Shown piece by piece: positions 13,951 through 29,422 of a stretch of 64,000 nt of DNA; position 1 is the first letter of the stretch, and every line of letters begins with the position of its first letter. The translations under genes were made by a program, and so were the position numbers. The notes under the pieces were generated by a model. The model saw only the letters and a list, made by a program, of their open reading frames with translations, searched no databases and was not told the origin of the DNA. The DNA is from Octopus vulgaris. Lineage: Eukaryota. Location of the stretch: NCBI GenBank assembly GCA_951406725.2, contig OX597824.1, forward strand, positions 93,062,001 through 93,126,000, read 5' to 3'.

Positions 13951-14468
13951 TATGTATGTATGTATGTTTTGTACAATCAATGTATGCATGCAAACATGTA
14001 TAATTTTAACGCATTGCACATGCAGCAGAATAACGATACATGCTTGTTCTGCATTTCCCGAATTGCAAGCTAAATTGCATACATGCATCTTTATAAATAC
14101 ACTTCTACATACACAATGAACTTTCGAGGTTTACGTATCAAATAACATAGTAAATATCTCATATATCCACCCATATATGTATGGATATATGATATATACC
14201 CATGCATGTTTGGATATATCTCTCATACTCCTCCCTCACACAACTATCCATCATCAACCCTTCAATCCCCTCCTTTTCTCCCTTTTTCTTTCTTCTTTTC
14301 TGTTTCATCCGATATATATATATATATATACATACATACATATATATATGTATATATATATGTATATATATATATATATATGTATGCATGTATGTATATA
14401 TATATATATATACGTATATATATAATTATATATACATATATATGTATATATATATATATGCATGTATG

Positions 14469-14529
<61 letters not shown>

Positions 14530-15349
14530 TCCTAGGCATGTAAATGCACGTATACACTATACTGCATTTGCGTGTGTATGTCTGTATTACTATATATTTG
14601 TATACATATATATATCAATGTATTTATATATATTTATATACACACGCACATGCATGCATATATTTGTGTTCGTGCGCATCTGTCAGTGTTTACTGATTTG
14701 CGCACTTATATGTACATCGAGAAAAACATTTTCGAAAACAGTGCCGTGCACAGCCACGCACTCTATCACACACACACACACTAACAGACACATGCATTAG
14801 CACACGCATACGATCGCATATCACATACACACGAACGCATACCCATATAACATAATCTGTTCAATTTGCGTCGTATCCGAAACTCCACCCACCCCTCTCT
14901 CTATACAAATCGAAGAACACCAGAACATCGCAATCCCAGCAAACAAACAACAATGCGAAAAACAAGGAGAGTGCAAGAATAATAGCAACAACAATGTCAA
15001 AAGAGAAGGAAAGGAAAAAAAATCAACAATAACAACAACAAGAAGAACAAATGATAAACATAATAAATATAAAAGCGATATGATTGCGGAATCCTGTAAA
15101 TAATCAATCACTCTATTTATTCAGGAAATTTAACAGAAAATCGATTAGTTTCTGCGTATGATTAGTGAATAGAGAGTTTTAGAAATGTTAGAATTTGTAG
15201 CTACAAGGGTAAGCGAAAGGTTACTCTATCACAACGGTTCTGGATCTTCCTTTGTCAAGTGATCCATAGAAATCTAAAGCGTTGGTTCCATTGTCAAAAT
15301 ATTGGTTCAGCGGGGATCGTTGAGATTACTGCTTGCACCAGTTTGTATT

Positions 15350-15523
15350 CATGTGTGTGTATGTGTTGTGTATATATTTGTTTATATATGTAAGTAAGCA
15401 TGTATGTATGTATTTGCGTACAATATATATATATCGTAATTACGCATACATATGCAAATATGTGTATACATATATATGTATGCATATATTTATATCTATA
15501 TGTATATATGAGTTTATATATAT

Positions 15524-15593
<70 letters not shown>

Positions 15594-15673
15594 TTATATA
15601 TATATACATAGATGTATACATATATACATGTATATGCATAGATACAAATACAAGTTATATATATGTATGTATG

Positions 15674-15721
<48 letters not shown>

Positions 15722-15723
15722 TA

Positions 15724-15782
<59 letters not shown>

Positions 15783-15936
15783 TGGATTTGTGTTAGTATT
15801 ACAGTACAAATTTGATATACATGTATTTAGGCATATTTATGCACATCAAGGTTTGAGTGTATATGCTTATGTATATGTCTCTCTATATATATACACACAT
15901 TTATACATATATACACATACATTACATATATACATG

Positions 15937-15989
<53 letters not shown>

Positions 15990-16058
15990 TACATACATAC
16001 ATACATACATACATACATACCATACATACATATATACATATATACATACATACATACA

Positions 16059-16124
<66 letters not shown>

Positions 16125-16141
16125 CATATATACATATATAT
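15350..16141. repeat. Compound (TA)n/(CATA)n microsatellite, representative of dozens in the window
   Basis: Direct reading; source of the YIYI/YVCM ORFs. Confidence 0.95.
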
Positions 16142-16557
16142 GAAATTTTTTTTCTGTGCTACTTTGATATTTACGTTTGTATTTGGTTTGTAGCTGTTGA
16201 ATATTTCATTGTTGCAATTTCAATTTCCAGTCTCAGTGTGGTCGAGAATGCTTGAATACTAAAAAGCCGCTTTGAAATTCATGAATCTTTCCAATGAGAT
16301 TCCATAAAGAGTAATTATTTCTTTCGTTCCTTATTCATTCAATATACAAACTCATGCGGACTCGCTTATACGTACTTAAGCCAATACGTACATAACTGCC
16401 GCATTGCTTCGAATTATTCGTACGGCTTCTTACACACGCACACAAATACACACACATTCTTACACACAGAAGCACACAGGTTCATATACACACACAAACG
16501 TTCCTTCTCTATCCTTCCCTCCGATACCTCCTTTCTCTCTCGCGCACACGTATGTAG

Positions 16558-16589
<32 letters not shown>

Positions 16590-16595
16590 ATGTAT

Positions 16596-16814
16596 TCTTT
16601 TCCAGTCTAAGCGCAAGGCCCGAAACTTTTTGAGGGAAGGGGACCAGTCGATGAGATCGACACCAGTACGCAACTGGTACTTAATTTATCTACCCCGAAC
16701 GGATGAAATGCAAAGTCGACCTCGATGGAATTTGAAATCAGGACGTAAAGACAGACGAAATACCGCTAAGCATTTCGCCTGGCGTTTTAACGTTTCTGCC
16801 AGCTCGCTACCTTA
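16596..16814 (-). mobile_element. SINE family B, alternative tail
   Basis: Same head and core as 7616, but the tail is GGTCCCCTTCCC...GGGCCTTGCGCTTAGACTGGAAAAGAATA. Confidence 0.75.
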
Positions 16815-16929
16815 TATAATAATAATAATAATTATTATTATTATTATTATTAGTGTTATTGTTATTGTCATTCTTCTTCTTCTTCTTCTTCTTCTTCTTC
16901 TTCTTCTTCTTCTTCTTCTTCTTCTTCTT

Positions 16930-17024
<95 letters not shown>
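16815..17024. repeat. Compound trinucleotide array (AAT)(ATT)(CTT)n(ATT)n
   Basis: Direct reading of the sequence. Confidence 0.95.
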
Positions 17025-17157
17025 CGTTTCTACTCTAGACTCAAGGCCCCAAACTTTGGGGGAGCGGAGCTAGTCGATTAGATCGACACCAGTACGCAAC
17101 TGGTACTTAATTTATCGAACCCGAAAAGCGTGCTGACGTTTCTGCCACTTCGCCGCC
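17025..17157 (-). mobile_element. SINE family B, internally deleted copy
   Basis: GATCGACACCAGTACGCAACTGGTACTTAATTTATC is identical to 16654-16690. Confidence 0.7.
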
Positions 17158-17249
17158 ATGCACCCGTATATATATTTATATATGTGAGTGCTTGCGCATG
17201 TGTCTGTGCGCATATACGCACATGCACAAATACACTCGTATCAACTCAC

Positions 17250-17290
<41 letters not shown>

Positions 17291-17369
17291 GCATATATAT
17301 GTGTGCATGCGTGTGCAAGCGCGCGTGTGTGTATGCATGTATGCAGGTGTAGATGGTCTGGGTTTTGTT

Positions 17370-17437
<68 letters not shown>

Positions 17438-18514
17438 AGTACGCGTGGGAACTTGCGATACGGAGAGACGTAGAAGTAGGTTCGTTTTCATCCCATCTTA
17501 GTCTTCATATGAAATTTCAGAAGGCGTAAACCTTTTGAATGTTCTTTTTTTTTTCAAATGGGATTGCAATAATTTATTTAAAATTTATATTACCGTTTTA
17601 TTTCGTCGTTGACCCCTCTTTAAGAACTGCAAAAAAGAAATCAATACATTTGAAACCAAACAGAAAACGTGTACTAATTAGAAATTTAATGCTATAGAAG
17701 TGGGTGTGGGCTTTCTAGAAACGATGGTTGCTTGTTGTTGACTCACGCCTGATATTAATATCGCAATTAAAAGCCCCTTTTTAATGGTTGAGCATATTAC
17801 CCAATCTGGTGTGTTTTATTTTTTGTCAATGCAGCACAAATCATGTGAAAAATGAGAAAATGATGAGACGAAGACGTAATGAGTTGATGAAATGAGTACA
17901 GAATCAAAGTTATGAAAGGGTGAATAGTGATAAAATATGATATTTTTCTCCCTTCGATGTTTCACATAAATATATTGAGATGTCACCGACATCACAAATG
18001 TCATACCAAATTCTTTAGATATTGCTTCCAGATCCTTCTGAATTCTGTCGTTAATGGCTTCTGTCTTTTTACCATTCAAAGAACGCGTTAAACCTTTGCA
18101 GCATACTGCATTCCATGGCTTTCGCTCTCGGAAGCTGCATATTTTCTGAACATAAATATTCATCACTAATACCACTTGACGGAATCTGGCTGTAGAATGT
18201 CCGTCACCCTTTTCTTTTTCTTTATTCACAGGGATACATAAGATCATGTCGGCTCTGGCGAAATGCATTTTCCTCATCAATGTCCCTTCTTTATGCATCT
18301 GTGGCAATTTTTCTTAAAGACGGTATGTTTGATTTGGTGACACGTTGATGACAGCATATAGGTAGAAACATTGATTCACTCAGGAAGAATATGTAAAGGC
18401 AACTATAATTTTTACTGATTTATTATATCAACTATTTCATTATGTGAAATTCTTACATATTTATTATATTATGTGAAGGAGTCTGGCGTCGTGGTCAGAG
18501 TTTCAGTCTGATTG

Positions 18515-18657
18515 GAGTTGTACTTATTTAATCGACCCCGAAAGAATGAAAAGCAAAGTCGACCTGGGCGGACTTTGAACTCAGAACGTAGCGGCAGGCG
18601 AAATACCGCTATACATTCCGTCCACGGTGCTAACGATTCTGCAAGCTCAACGCCTTA
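18515..18657 (-). mobile_element. SINE family B 5' part
   Basis: Contains ATCGACCCCGAAAGAATGAAAAGCAAAGTCGAC and the tRNA-like head. Confidence 0.75.
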
Positions 18658-19274
18658 GATGATTTAAGAATCGCCCTTACACAATACCAGCCTTCGCGGC
18701 TATATATGTGTTAGAACCTTCACCACTTCTTATCTGCACAGCATATCATCCACCAAACGGTGTTCTCACCAGATAATCCCTTCCAAAATATACGTCGAAA
18801 AGTAACGAGTCTCCAACATACAACACATTATATAATTAAGCGACACGTTATCTCTTAATTTCAAACAGAAGCTTTCCAATTCCATTAAACAATCTTTCCA
18901 TTTGAAACATGATTTCACCAGAATTACATATCTGAAATACAATTTCGTTTTTATGATACTGAATGGAGTTAGTCTTTTTACCGGATTTTTTTTGTATTGT
19001 AAGGATTCTACGAATTTTCTTCTATTTCATATGGTTTCAGAGTCGTTTTTAATGCTATGTATTTGGTTAGCTTCTATAATTTCCTTTTGAGATATTTATT
19101 CCATAGATTTAAAAAAACACGTGAGTTTGTTTCTGCGAGTTTGATATGTTAATTTGACAGAAATTGGTACGTCGTGTACAAGTTGAAAAGTCTCTTTATC
19201 TGCTTTTCTGTATCCCCTGTTTGTTGATGCAGGGCAATTATATACAATTTCGTGCATTTCCACACACACACATG

Positions 19275-19340
<66 letters not shown>

Positions 19341-19365
19341 ATAATCCAAATAAAAAGTTTGTTAC

Positions 19366-19414
<49 letters not shown>

Positions 19415-19511
19415 AGAGAGATAGAGAGAGAAACAGACTTTTTATTTGGTTTATATACACATGCAAACACACACACATATAGCATCTGTATGGAAATACA
19501 TTAGATTTATA

Positions 19512-19547
<36 letters not shown>

Positions 19548-19603
19548 TGTATGTATGTATGTATGTATGTATAAATATGCATGTGTGCATGTATATGTCT
19601 GTA

Positions 19604-19657
<54 letters not shown>

Positions 19658-19674
19658 ATATAAATATGTATATG

Positions 19675-19705
<31 letters not shown>

Positions 19706-20332
19706 CAATATTTATAAATATATGTGTATATACATACGTATATACACATATATGTACACATATTAACTTCCAGCCATCCATACAAGCTTCCATTCACACA
19801 TACTTATATACATAAATATATACTTTACATACATACATACATACATACATTATATATACATACATACGAAGTTTCATGGTAATAACTACCATTCACAAAC
19901 ATATCAGCTCCCATTGTGTTTACTAATATAATGACTGTGCAAATCCCTGACATTTTTCTTATGGCGATTTATCTTGCATTTCGTTTTGTCTTTGTTTATC
20001 TTTTTTTTTTCCTTTTTGCTACCCCAATTTTCCCAAGTACAAATGTACTGTTAATAAATGTTTGTTTTTAACCCCTTTTCCACCGGAAAATGATGCGTCC
20101 CATAGTAATGTTCTCCCCTCATATCGATGTAATTGTCTATTTTTCTTCATCTCGTTGTATATGATGTATGTGCATAAGTGAAATTCATTCTCCCCTGATT
20201 AATTACTTCATTCGATTTTATTCCGACAGATTCATTTTGAAGAGAAATATTGGTTCAAAATTTCGGCAAAAGACCAAAAATTTCGGGAGTGCTGGTAAGT
20301 CGATTACATGGATCCCGGCTTTTTTTTTTATT

Positions 20333-20638
20333 TATGCGCCCTTTTCAAGCCTAGCCAGGCTCATGGGCCCGGTTTCCCGGTTTCTAGGGCGTATGTGTTC
20401 CCCCCATCTGGACAGGATGCCAATCGATCGCAGCGTTACCCAAGAAAGAGGAAGAAAATGTGAGAGAAAGTTGGAGCGAAAAAGTACAACAGGAGTCGCC
20501 ACCACACCCTGCCGGTGCCTCTTGGAACTTTAAGTGTTTTCGCTCAATAAACACACACAACGCCCGGTCTGAGAACCGAAGCCGCGACCCTCCGAGCGCG
20601 AGTCCGCTACCCTAATCACTGGGCCATTGCGCCTCCAC
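20333..20638 (-). mobile_element. SINE family A copy nested in a family B SINE
   Basis: Full head-to-tail match. Family B sequence continues on both sides (about 20250-20318 and 20640-20780). Confidence 0.8.
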
Positions 20639-21555
20639 ATTGATCTCAGTGCTAAACTGGAATTTACATTATCGACGCCGAATGGATGAAATGCAATGTC
20701 GACCTCGAGTGTATTTGAACGTGAAGACGTACATTAAACAGTTTGGCCGAAGTGGTAACGATTCTGCCAGCTCGATGACTTGAAGCGAAATATTGACAAA
20801 CACGAGGTCAATTACTCTTAAAAGATTGTTTTTGCTGGCGGCAAAATTAATTCAGAAAACAAAAATAATTCGTTCTAAACACCTGAAGAGTAAGTATGAA
20901 AGAGCAGCAGTAGACATGACTTTGAAAGCCAACCTGATACACACCTGAAGCAACTTTGAACTTACTTCTTTGTTCTTTATTTCCGTTTCCTTTTACCCAA
21001 GAAATATCCCCGGAGCTTTTTGTTGCCGCGTGTTCAAAGAATTCCCCAACCATGCGAATAACAATCAGAAATATTACAACAAGCACTGTGGTTCTTAGTT
21101 TTTGCCTCTAAGCTGATATTATATATAAAGATAAATGATTGCGTATTCACAAAATGTGTATTCTTAAATCCACTGCCGCCGCTGTCGTTTTTGTATTTTT
21201 GAGGGTTTTGTTGTTGTTGACGAACGCATAACAGATACATGAACGAGGAATCCTTCTTCAAACACATACATGTCTAAATCATTATCCTTTTTATTTCAGC
21301 CAAGTACAACGAATCACAGTATTTCATTTCTCTTATATTTTTTACTTCGTACGTAAAATTCAAGAAAAATTTGCCTGCTTTTCTAGCACAGTCCGAAACC
21401 ACATATTGATTTCTCGTTGATCCCAAAGGAACTGAAGATTCAACGACAGGTCTTCCTTCAACCTTTTAGGTGGATGAAAATTGATGTACTTTTGATCAAA
21501 ATTGTAAACGTATAAAACTGATTTATGACTCGAGACATATACAACCTATTAACGT

Positions 21556-21626
<71 letters not shown>

Positions 21627-22002
21627 AGATGGAGTCGATATTTTTGGGTTATTTATCGTCTATTGTTTTGTTTCTAAAATATTGCTTTCGTTAAATTTAT
21701 TCATCTTCTCATTCAACGATATTTATTATTGACATTTTTTTTTTATTACCAGCTAATGAAGTGTTAATGTGTTTTACTGACATTAAATTCAACACATTGA
21801 TTTAACAAGTAATTCAACACTGAAAACATTGACAAGTCTCGCGATTTTTTCTTAATTTTATGTGGAACACAAATGCACACTTTGACTAAGATAAACTAAG
21901 ACACATATTTTGTTAACATATACATCATGGAAAATAAGATCTTCAAATAACCATCAATACATGCACAGACATATATATATATATATATATCTCGATATAT
22001 AT

Positions 22003-22246
<244 letters not shown>

Positions 22247-23375
22247 CAGTAGACATATAGAGTAAGAGAGAATGAGATGAGCAGCCATAGTGGAATTGTA
22301 AATGTTTACATTAGTCGTTACATAAATTTATGTCATATGTAATGTGTTTACAGCTGTTTTGATACATACTGTGAATAGTATGCAATGAGAATCTCATCAA
22401 GTATGCGCGTATGTGTGTGTTTGTGTGTATGTTTGTGTGTGTCGCGTGCGTGCGTGCGTGTCACAGCTACTTGTGGTGCTAACGCGTTCACATGACCACA
22501 CGAATTACTAGATATATGCAAAACACATTTATCTGCAGGAGTGCGCAAGCATGAGAAGAAGCCACGTAAAGAAAGAATACACGCAAACGCAAACTTTTCC
22601 CAATCATTTTTTAAATAAATTATATTTTGGCATGCAAGAATGAAAGACATACAGACAGAAAGAGACAGTGCAAAGGAAAAAACAGTTCTGTCCGCTCGTG
22701 CATATAACATGCAATTCAACACAGAGATAGGGACATACATGTGCACACTCGGGCACGCAGTTATGCCCCTGCCCATACATATATCCCCACGTATGCACAG
22801 AAGTAATATCTATATAAATAGTGGTCAGTCCTCTAAATTTTGTATGTAAAAATTTTTTTATCTTCGGATTTATTAAAAATATGCTAGGCCACTGGTTTTA
22901 ATTGATTACTATCAATTTCTACTCATATTTTATTTCAAATAAACAAATGTTCTCTAGCCGGTAAATTAGCTGCTTTAGTTTATTAACTGCAGAGTAATTT
23001 TCGATCTCAGCGCGCCGAAGTGAAGGCATTTGAAAGATACACATAAATGTAAATTGTAGAACTTTATACATACTGGATTTCAGTTGAACGCCCTGTATCT
23101 AGTTCTGGAAATTGTGTTTTGTAAACGGCAGACTATGCTGATGATCTTGCAGATGTTTACGTATCCATATACGTAAATATTAACGAGTGAAACTAGTTAA
23201 TAAATAGGTAATCGTTTTTTATTTCGTATATTTTCATTTGTTTTTCTTATACTTACACTTTGGTTTTTAGCTTAATTTTTTCTTGAGAACGCATTCTTCG
23301 TGGAAAATGGCGATTTTGACGTCTATATCTAGCATACAGGCTGTCCACTTTTAGTGGCCAGTCTTCTAAATTCTG

Positions 23376-23426
<51 letters not shown>

Positions 23427-23873
23427 CATTTTACTCTTTTACTTGTAAAAACACAGCCATATAAATCTATGTATATTAAAATACATCTTAATAGTCCTTC
23501 ACTGAAAGGTAGAGAAGAACAAATGAATTCTAAATTTAAATGGAAAGCAACACTTATACGCCTAAATTTTTAGTGTAATATCTTTTTTAACAATGGAGGA
23601 GAGAGTGGACGTAGCATTAACATGCGAAAACAGAAAATTCCTTAATATAGATAAGAACGTTCAACCATCAAAACATAAGTTACAAGTGTATACTGTTGTT
23701 CTGCGTATCTATTTTCAAATTTTTCTTTGTTCAACTTCAAGTATTCGATAGAATTTCTAACAAACATTCAACAGATATAGCATTTCTGAATTTTCAATCT
23801 AATTCAAAACGCCTCAAATAGTGTGTATATATATATATATATACATCTACACACATATATATGTGCATATATA

Positions 23874-24018
<145 letters not shown>

Positions 24019-24450
24019 GCTGTCAGTATCTATGGAGTTCTGTTGATTCAGTTCGTGATAAGTATAACACGGTTCAAAATTACTGTACCGTGTAATCCCG
24101 GATCAGTGCCGAATGACACAGCGATAAGCGAGCATGCATGTATATATTTACAGATGTAGTCATATATACCGTGTGTAATGGCGCATTCTTAATATATGTG
24201 TTAGTTTATCGATTTATGACTTGTATTATAGGAAAGTTTTCCACAAAGAAATAAGAGAAACACCTCCAGCCTGAGGCAATATATGAAGGGATGTTGACAC
24301 TGCATTCTTCAGGTTTCTCTTACAATCAGTATGTTAAGGGACTTCTTCCAATTAAAATTTACTCCTGATATCCACCTTATTTTTATGTTTGTGTATAAAT
24401 AAACACAAGCACCAGACACGCATAGATTCTGCCTAAGTATATATAAATGT

Positions 24451-24499
<49 letters not shown>

Positions 24500-24684
24500 T
24501 TATAGAGATAGATAGATAATTACATAGATAAACACACAGGAAATAGATATATAGATAGATAGATGGGTAGATGGATAGATGAATAGATAGATAGATAGAT
24601 GGATAGATAGATAAATAGATAGGTAGATATATATGTAGATGGATGGATAGATGGATATATAGATAAATAGATACATATATATAT

Positions 24685-24744
<60 letters not shown>

Positions 24745-25049
24745 ATGTTGAACTTGTGCGTTTGTGGGCATAGAATTATACAAGATATGTGTGTTAATTA
24801 ATGCGAATCTAAACAATGTATAAAATACATGAATTGCAATGTGCCTATCAATAAAATACCTTCACAAATAATCAACAGCTATACTTGTGTGTATGTGAGG
24901 TTTTATCATTTCTTAAAGTGCAATATAAATCTCCTTGATTCTTCCTACTGCGTACGGAATAAATACATTTTGACTTGACTCCCTTTCATTTAATTCGATC
25001 CTTGTTTCCGTGGCTGAAAACTAAATTGTTTATGTTACGGTCGATGTTT

Positions 25050-25430
25050 AGAATCGCGACACTCCGTCGGTTGCGACGACGACGATGGTTCCAGCTGATC
25101 CGATCAACGGAACAGCCTTCGCGTGAAATTAACGTGCAAGTGGCTGAGAACTCCAGAGTCAAACGTGTACCCTTAATGTAGTTCTTGGGGAGATTCAGCG
25201 TGACACAGAGTGTGACAAGAAATAGAGGTACAACGGAAACAGGAAGAAAGAGTGAGAGAAAGCTGTGGTGAAAGAGTACAGCAGAGTTCGCCACTACTTT
25301 ATGCCGTAGCCTCGTGTGGCTTTAGGTGTTTTCGCTCAATAAACACTCACAGCGCCCGGTCTGGGAATCGATATCGCGGTCCCACGACAGCGAATCCGCT
25401 GTCCTAACCACTGGGCCAATGCGCCTCCAC
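25050..25430 (-). mobile_element. SINE family A 5' half joined to a family E 3' half
   Basis: 25219-25430 matches the family A head and body. 25050-25218 matches the 13710-13790 tail region (CAACGGAACAGCCT...AAATTAACGTGYAAGTGGCTGAG). Confidence 0.65.
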
Positions 25431-26622
25431 GATGTTTAGAATAAATAAATTCATGCCAGTTTGAATCCAGCGAGTTAGGATAATGTAGCAGTTGATCATA
25501 TATGGCTTTACGTGTATTTTTATATGAGTTTGACCTACATTCGATTTTGCCATAGTTTTCGTCAGCGACCGCAAATGAAATTCCAGGATTTTAGTTTTTA
25601 TTTCACTTCTCATAGAACTTGGCATGTTGCATCACCCTCAGCAACATTTGAATTAAAAGGATTCGCCATCCAACCGTACCGCTTTAAGTCGCAGCAAATT
25701 ATTTTTCTTCACGCATTTCAAGTTTATTGAGGCGACAAATGAATTTTTTTCAATCTACTGCTACAGCTTCAACAGATTTAATTGTGTGCAATGACACAAC
25801 CAGGTGAAAAACCGTTCTTTAAAATATTACAGAAAAAATGTTTGATTTCTTTTTCTTCAATAAATTAAGAAACAACATGTTTCCAATTGGTGTTATATGG
25901 TCTCCCTGAAGCTACAAGTTAATTTCATTAAATTTCTTCTTGAAAATACTTGTCAAATAATATGCTGAATCTAATTTTTTTCTAACTACTGGTAGAGGTT
26001 AACCTAAATTTCACTTTTCTGAAAGAGAAAAATCAGCGCATATGTTTCAACAAAACATCTTCGTGATGCACTCACTTAGATCCAGGGATCTTTATGTGTC
26101 TAAGAGTAACTTGATAAAATCTCCATCATTATCTTGGCACAGCTTTTAAATAATTCTCTCAGTTTTTCGGTATTTGATTAGATATTATTTATAACCCTTG
26201 ATTATAATAATAAAAAAAAAAAACACAGAATTGCATCGAAATGATTTTTGCATTTTTACTATGCACCACAAAAGAGTAGCATAAACCAATTTGTAAAAAA
26301 AAGGTAAAGACACCCCTTCGGTCGTAAATGTTCATGGGGTTGCATCTAGAGAGATACCCTCGAAAGCATGATCGAGGAAGGTTGTTTATATTTCGGCCAT
26401 CAACAATATCAAACGTAATAACTGATTGCCTGATACATAAATACATACATATTTACATATATACATACATACATCTCTCCTTGTTTTTTTCTGTGTCCCT
26501 TTCTGTAGAAGAGCGTAGGTTCGAAACGTAAAAGACTTTTCTATTCCTGAGCGCTATACTAATACATCTGTTTGTTTTGTACACCACCTGTCTTCGTCTT
26601 TTGTTTTTTTTTCCTGAACTCT

Positions 26623-26653
<31 letters not shown>

Positions 26654-26727
26654 ACAATTTAATAAATAAAATATATGCATACATACATACATATATGTAC
26701 GTACCAACATCTATATGTATATATACA

Positions 26728-26781
<54 letters not shown>

Positions 26782-26866
26782 TACAGGACACCATAAATAA
26801 ACGTAGAACACATTGTTATTATATGACTGAGCGCCCTCGCGTCGTTTCATTTCTTTCCTCCAAGTA

Positions 26867-26939
<73 letters not shown>

Positions 26940-27392
26940 GTGTAAAAAGGTTGAATTTAGATTTGTCCTTTAATTTGGAGGATTCCAAAATAAAATTTCT
27001 AATGTTGATTCTTTACAATTTGCTGGTAATTTACAGGCGTTAATTTGCGAATATGAAAATAATACTTGTATATGATGTGCTGTGAATTTATGGAAAGAAA
27101 TCCCACCAGATCTCAACAATTTAGTGGAGAAGAGAAGTTGTTAAAATATATAAGAGAATTTTAATTCATGCAGACGATAGCTTCCTAGAGATATAACAAT
27201 AATGCAAATTCGTGATTGAATTGAATGAAATTAAATTAATTGAATAAATTAATTATATATCAATGTACTCTTCAGTGCAAGAAGTAAAAACAGAATTTCT
27301 ATAAAGAACTTGAGAATGGAAATAGCAGAATAGAATCTAGGAGATTCATATTTGTCATTATGAGAAATAAAAATGTGAGTCCATGTAAGTAT

Positions 27393-27491
<99 letters not shown>

Positions 27492-27869
27492 CCAAAACCT
27501 TACTTTCTTTCAACGACAGACAACAATAATATCGTATGCCTTAATTCACTCTTTCTTAGATTGTCAAAACCTATTTTAAAAACACGAAATGTTTAGAAGA
27601 CACACACTGAAATCTGAATTAAAGGATCTGGGATCTCATCAATTTTAATGCAAATAGAGTCGATTATTTGCATATAACCACCGTCAAAATATCGTTACTT
27701 TCCATACAGTAATTTCATGGAAAACAAAACGATGCGTACATAAAACGTTACCCTGCCTCAGACAGAAATGCAAAGGAAAATATGGGATCCTCGTCACCAT
27801 ATTTACCTATTGATTAATGTTGATAATACGAAACGCCTTATAGGGAAATCTTCTCTTTATTTATTTATA

Positions 27870-28274
27870 TACTCTTTTACTCTTTTACTTGTTCCAGTCA
27901 TTTGTCTGCGGCCATGCTGGAACACCGCCTTTAATCGAGCAACTCGACCCCGGGACTTATTCTTTTTGTAAGCCCAGTACTTATTCTATCGGTCTCTTTT
28001 GCCGAACCGCTAAGTAACGTGGACATAAACACACCAGCATCGGTTGTCAAGCAATGCTAGGGGGACAAACACAGACACACACACGCATATATACATATAT
28101 ACATATATACGACGGGCTTCTTTTCAGTTTCCGTCTACCAAATCCACTCACAAGGCTTTGGTCGGCCCGAGGCTATAGTAGAAGACACTTGCCCAAGGTG
28201 CCACGCAGTGGGACTGAACCCGGAACCATGTGGTTGGTAAACAAACTACTTACCACACAGCCACTCCTGCGCCT
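27870..28274 (-). mobile_element. tRNA-derived SINE family C, full length, with internal microsatellite and LINE-related tail
   Basis: Head AGGCGCAGGAGTGGCTGTGTGGTAAG...GGGTTCAGTCCC; tail GGCGGTGTTCCAGCATGGCCGC followed by (AAAAGAGT)n. Confidence 0.9.
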
Positions 28275-29373
28275 ATTTATTTACTGCAGATTTCTACATA
28301 AGTTTGGTTATGCAGGGATTGTCTTTGTACTCTGTGGAGGCGTGAGTGCCTTCCAATTTAAACAATCCGGTTTGTTTTTTAGCACATTTTGTACGCCATG
28401 TTTTTCAACTCTTCTCAAATTACAAAACATGCAGTGTGTAGAGGAAATATGGCACAGGTGATAACGACATTTTTGAAATCCGTTACGAAAACCATTCTTT
28501 GCCGGCGTTATAGGGAGGAACAATAAACGCTATATTTAACAAAAACTCGAATACAGCTTAAAGATCTCTTGGAATACACAAATCGATGCAAATTATTCAT
28601 GTCATGTCATGCGGAGAAATGGCAAAATTTATATAATAAACACAAAATCTTATTTGATTATTTAAAAATGTAGTTCCAAATCTCATAATGCAAACACTTA
28701 TAGAGAACTTTAATGAAATACTTAATCTTAATTAAATGTGTATTACTCTACCATTCCTCTTTGCGTGAATATACGGCATCGAGTACTCTATGCCTGCTAT
28801 GTGGCAGTCTCTTTTATTGGAAACCGGAATTTCGTTTTTCTTTTACCACCATATGTCTATTTTGATATTTGATTCACTGAGAATTGGAGTGATAATTGTC
28901 GAGCAATAATGCTGAATATGTCTAGTGATAACAATCTTTCATACTTTTTGAAAAGCTTGTTTTTGCGAGATTGTGATATCCTACAGCAGGAAATCGGGAG
29001 AACCCCTTGCTCAAATACGGTCTATATAACGACAATGTGGCAATTGGAAATTATCCCGTGGAAATATTTCATCTAATGAATACATCTAATGAATATTTGT
29101 AATAAAGTGAGCTTAAAAGTGTTTAACTATATTTAACTGTGCAATTATTAAAAAATATAGTATCTCTAGTGGGGACCGAAATCTAAAAACAGAAAACAAT
29201 AAGTGAAATAACTCGAATGAAATCCACTTCGTGGGCGCTGGGAAATTATTTTAAGTCAAATGTTGAGGTGGGTCGGAAAATTGTAAACCACGCGGAAAAG
29301 CAACTAAACTTAGATATTATAAGCCATCTTCAGGAAGGATACACTACACAAAGAAAGAACAAACTTGTCTATG

Positions 29374-29405
<32 letters not shown>

Positions 29406-29422
29406 TAGCCATTCATATATAA

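Noticed and set aside
17816-18307. 163-aa minus-strand ORF in non-repetitive sequence
   Set aside because: Non-ATG start, no recognisable domain and no splice context; the opposite-strand exon candidate is at least as plausible.
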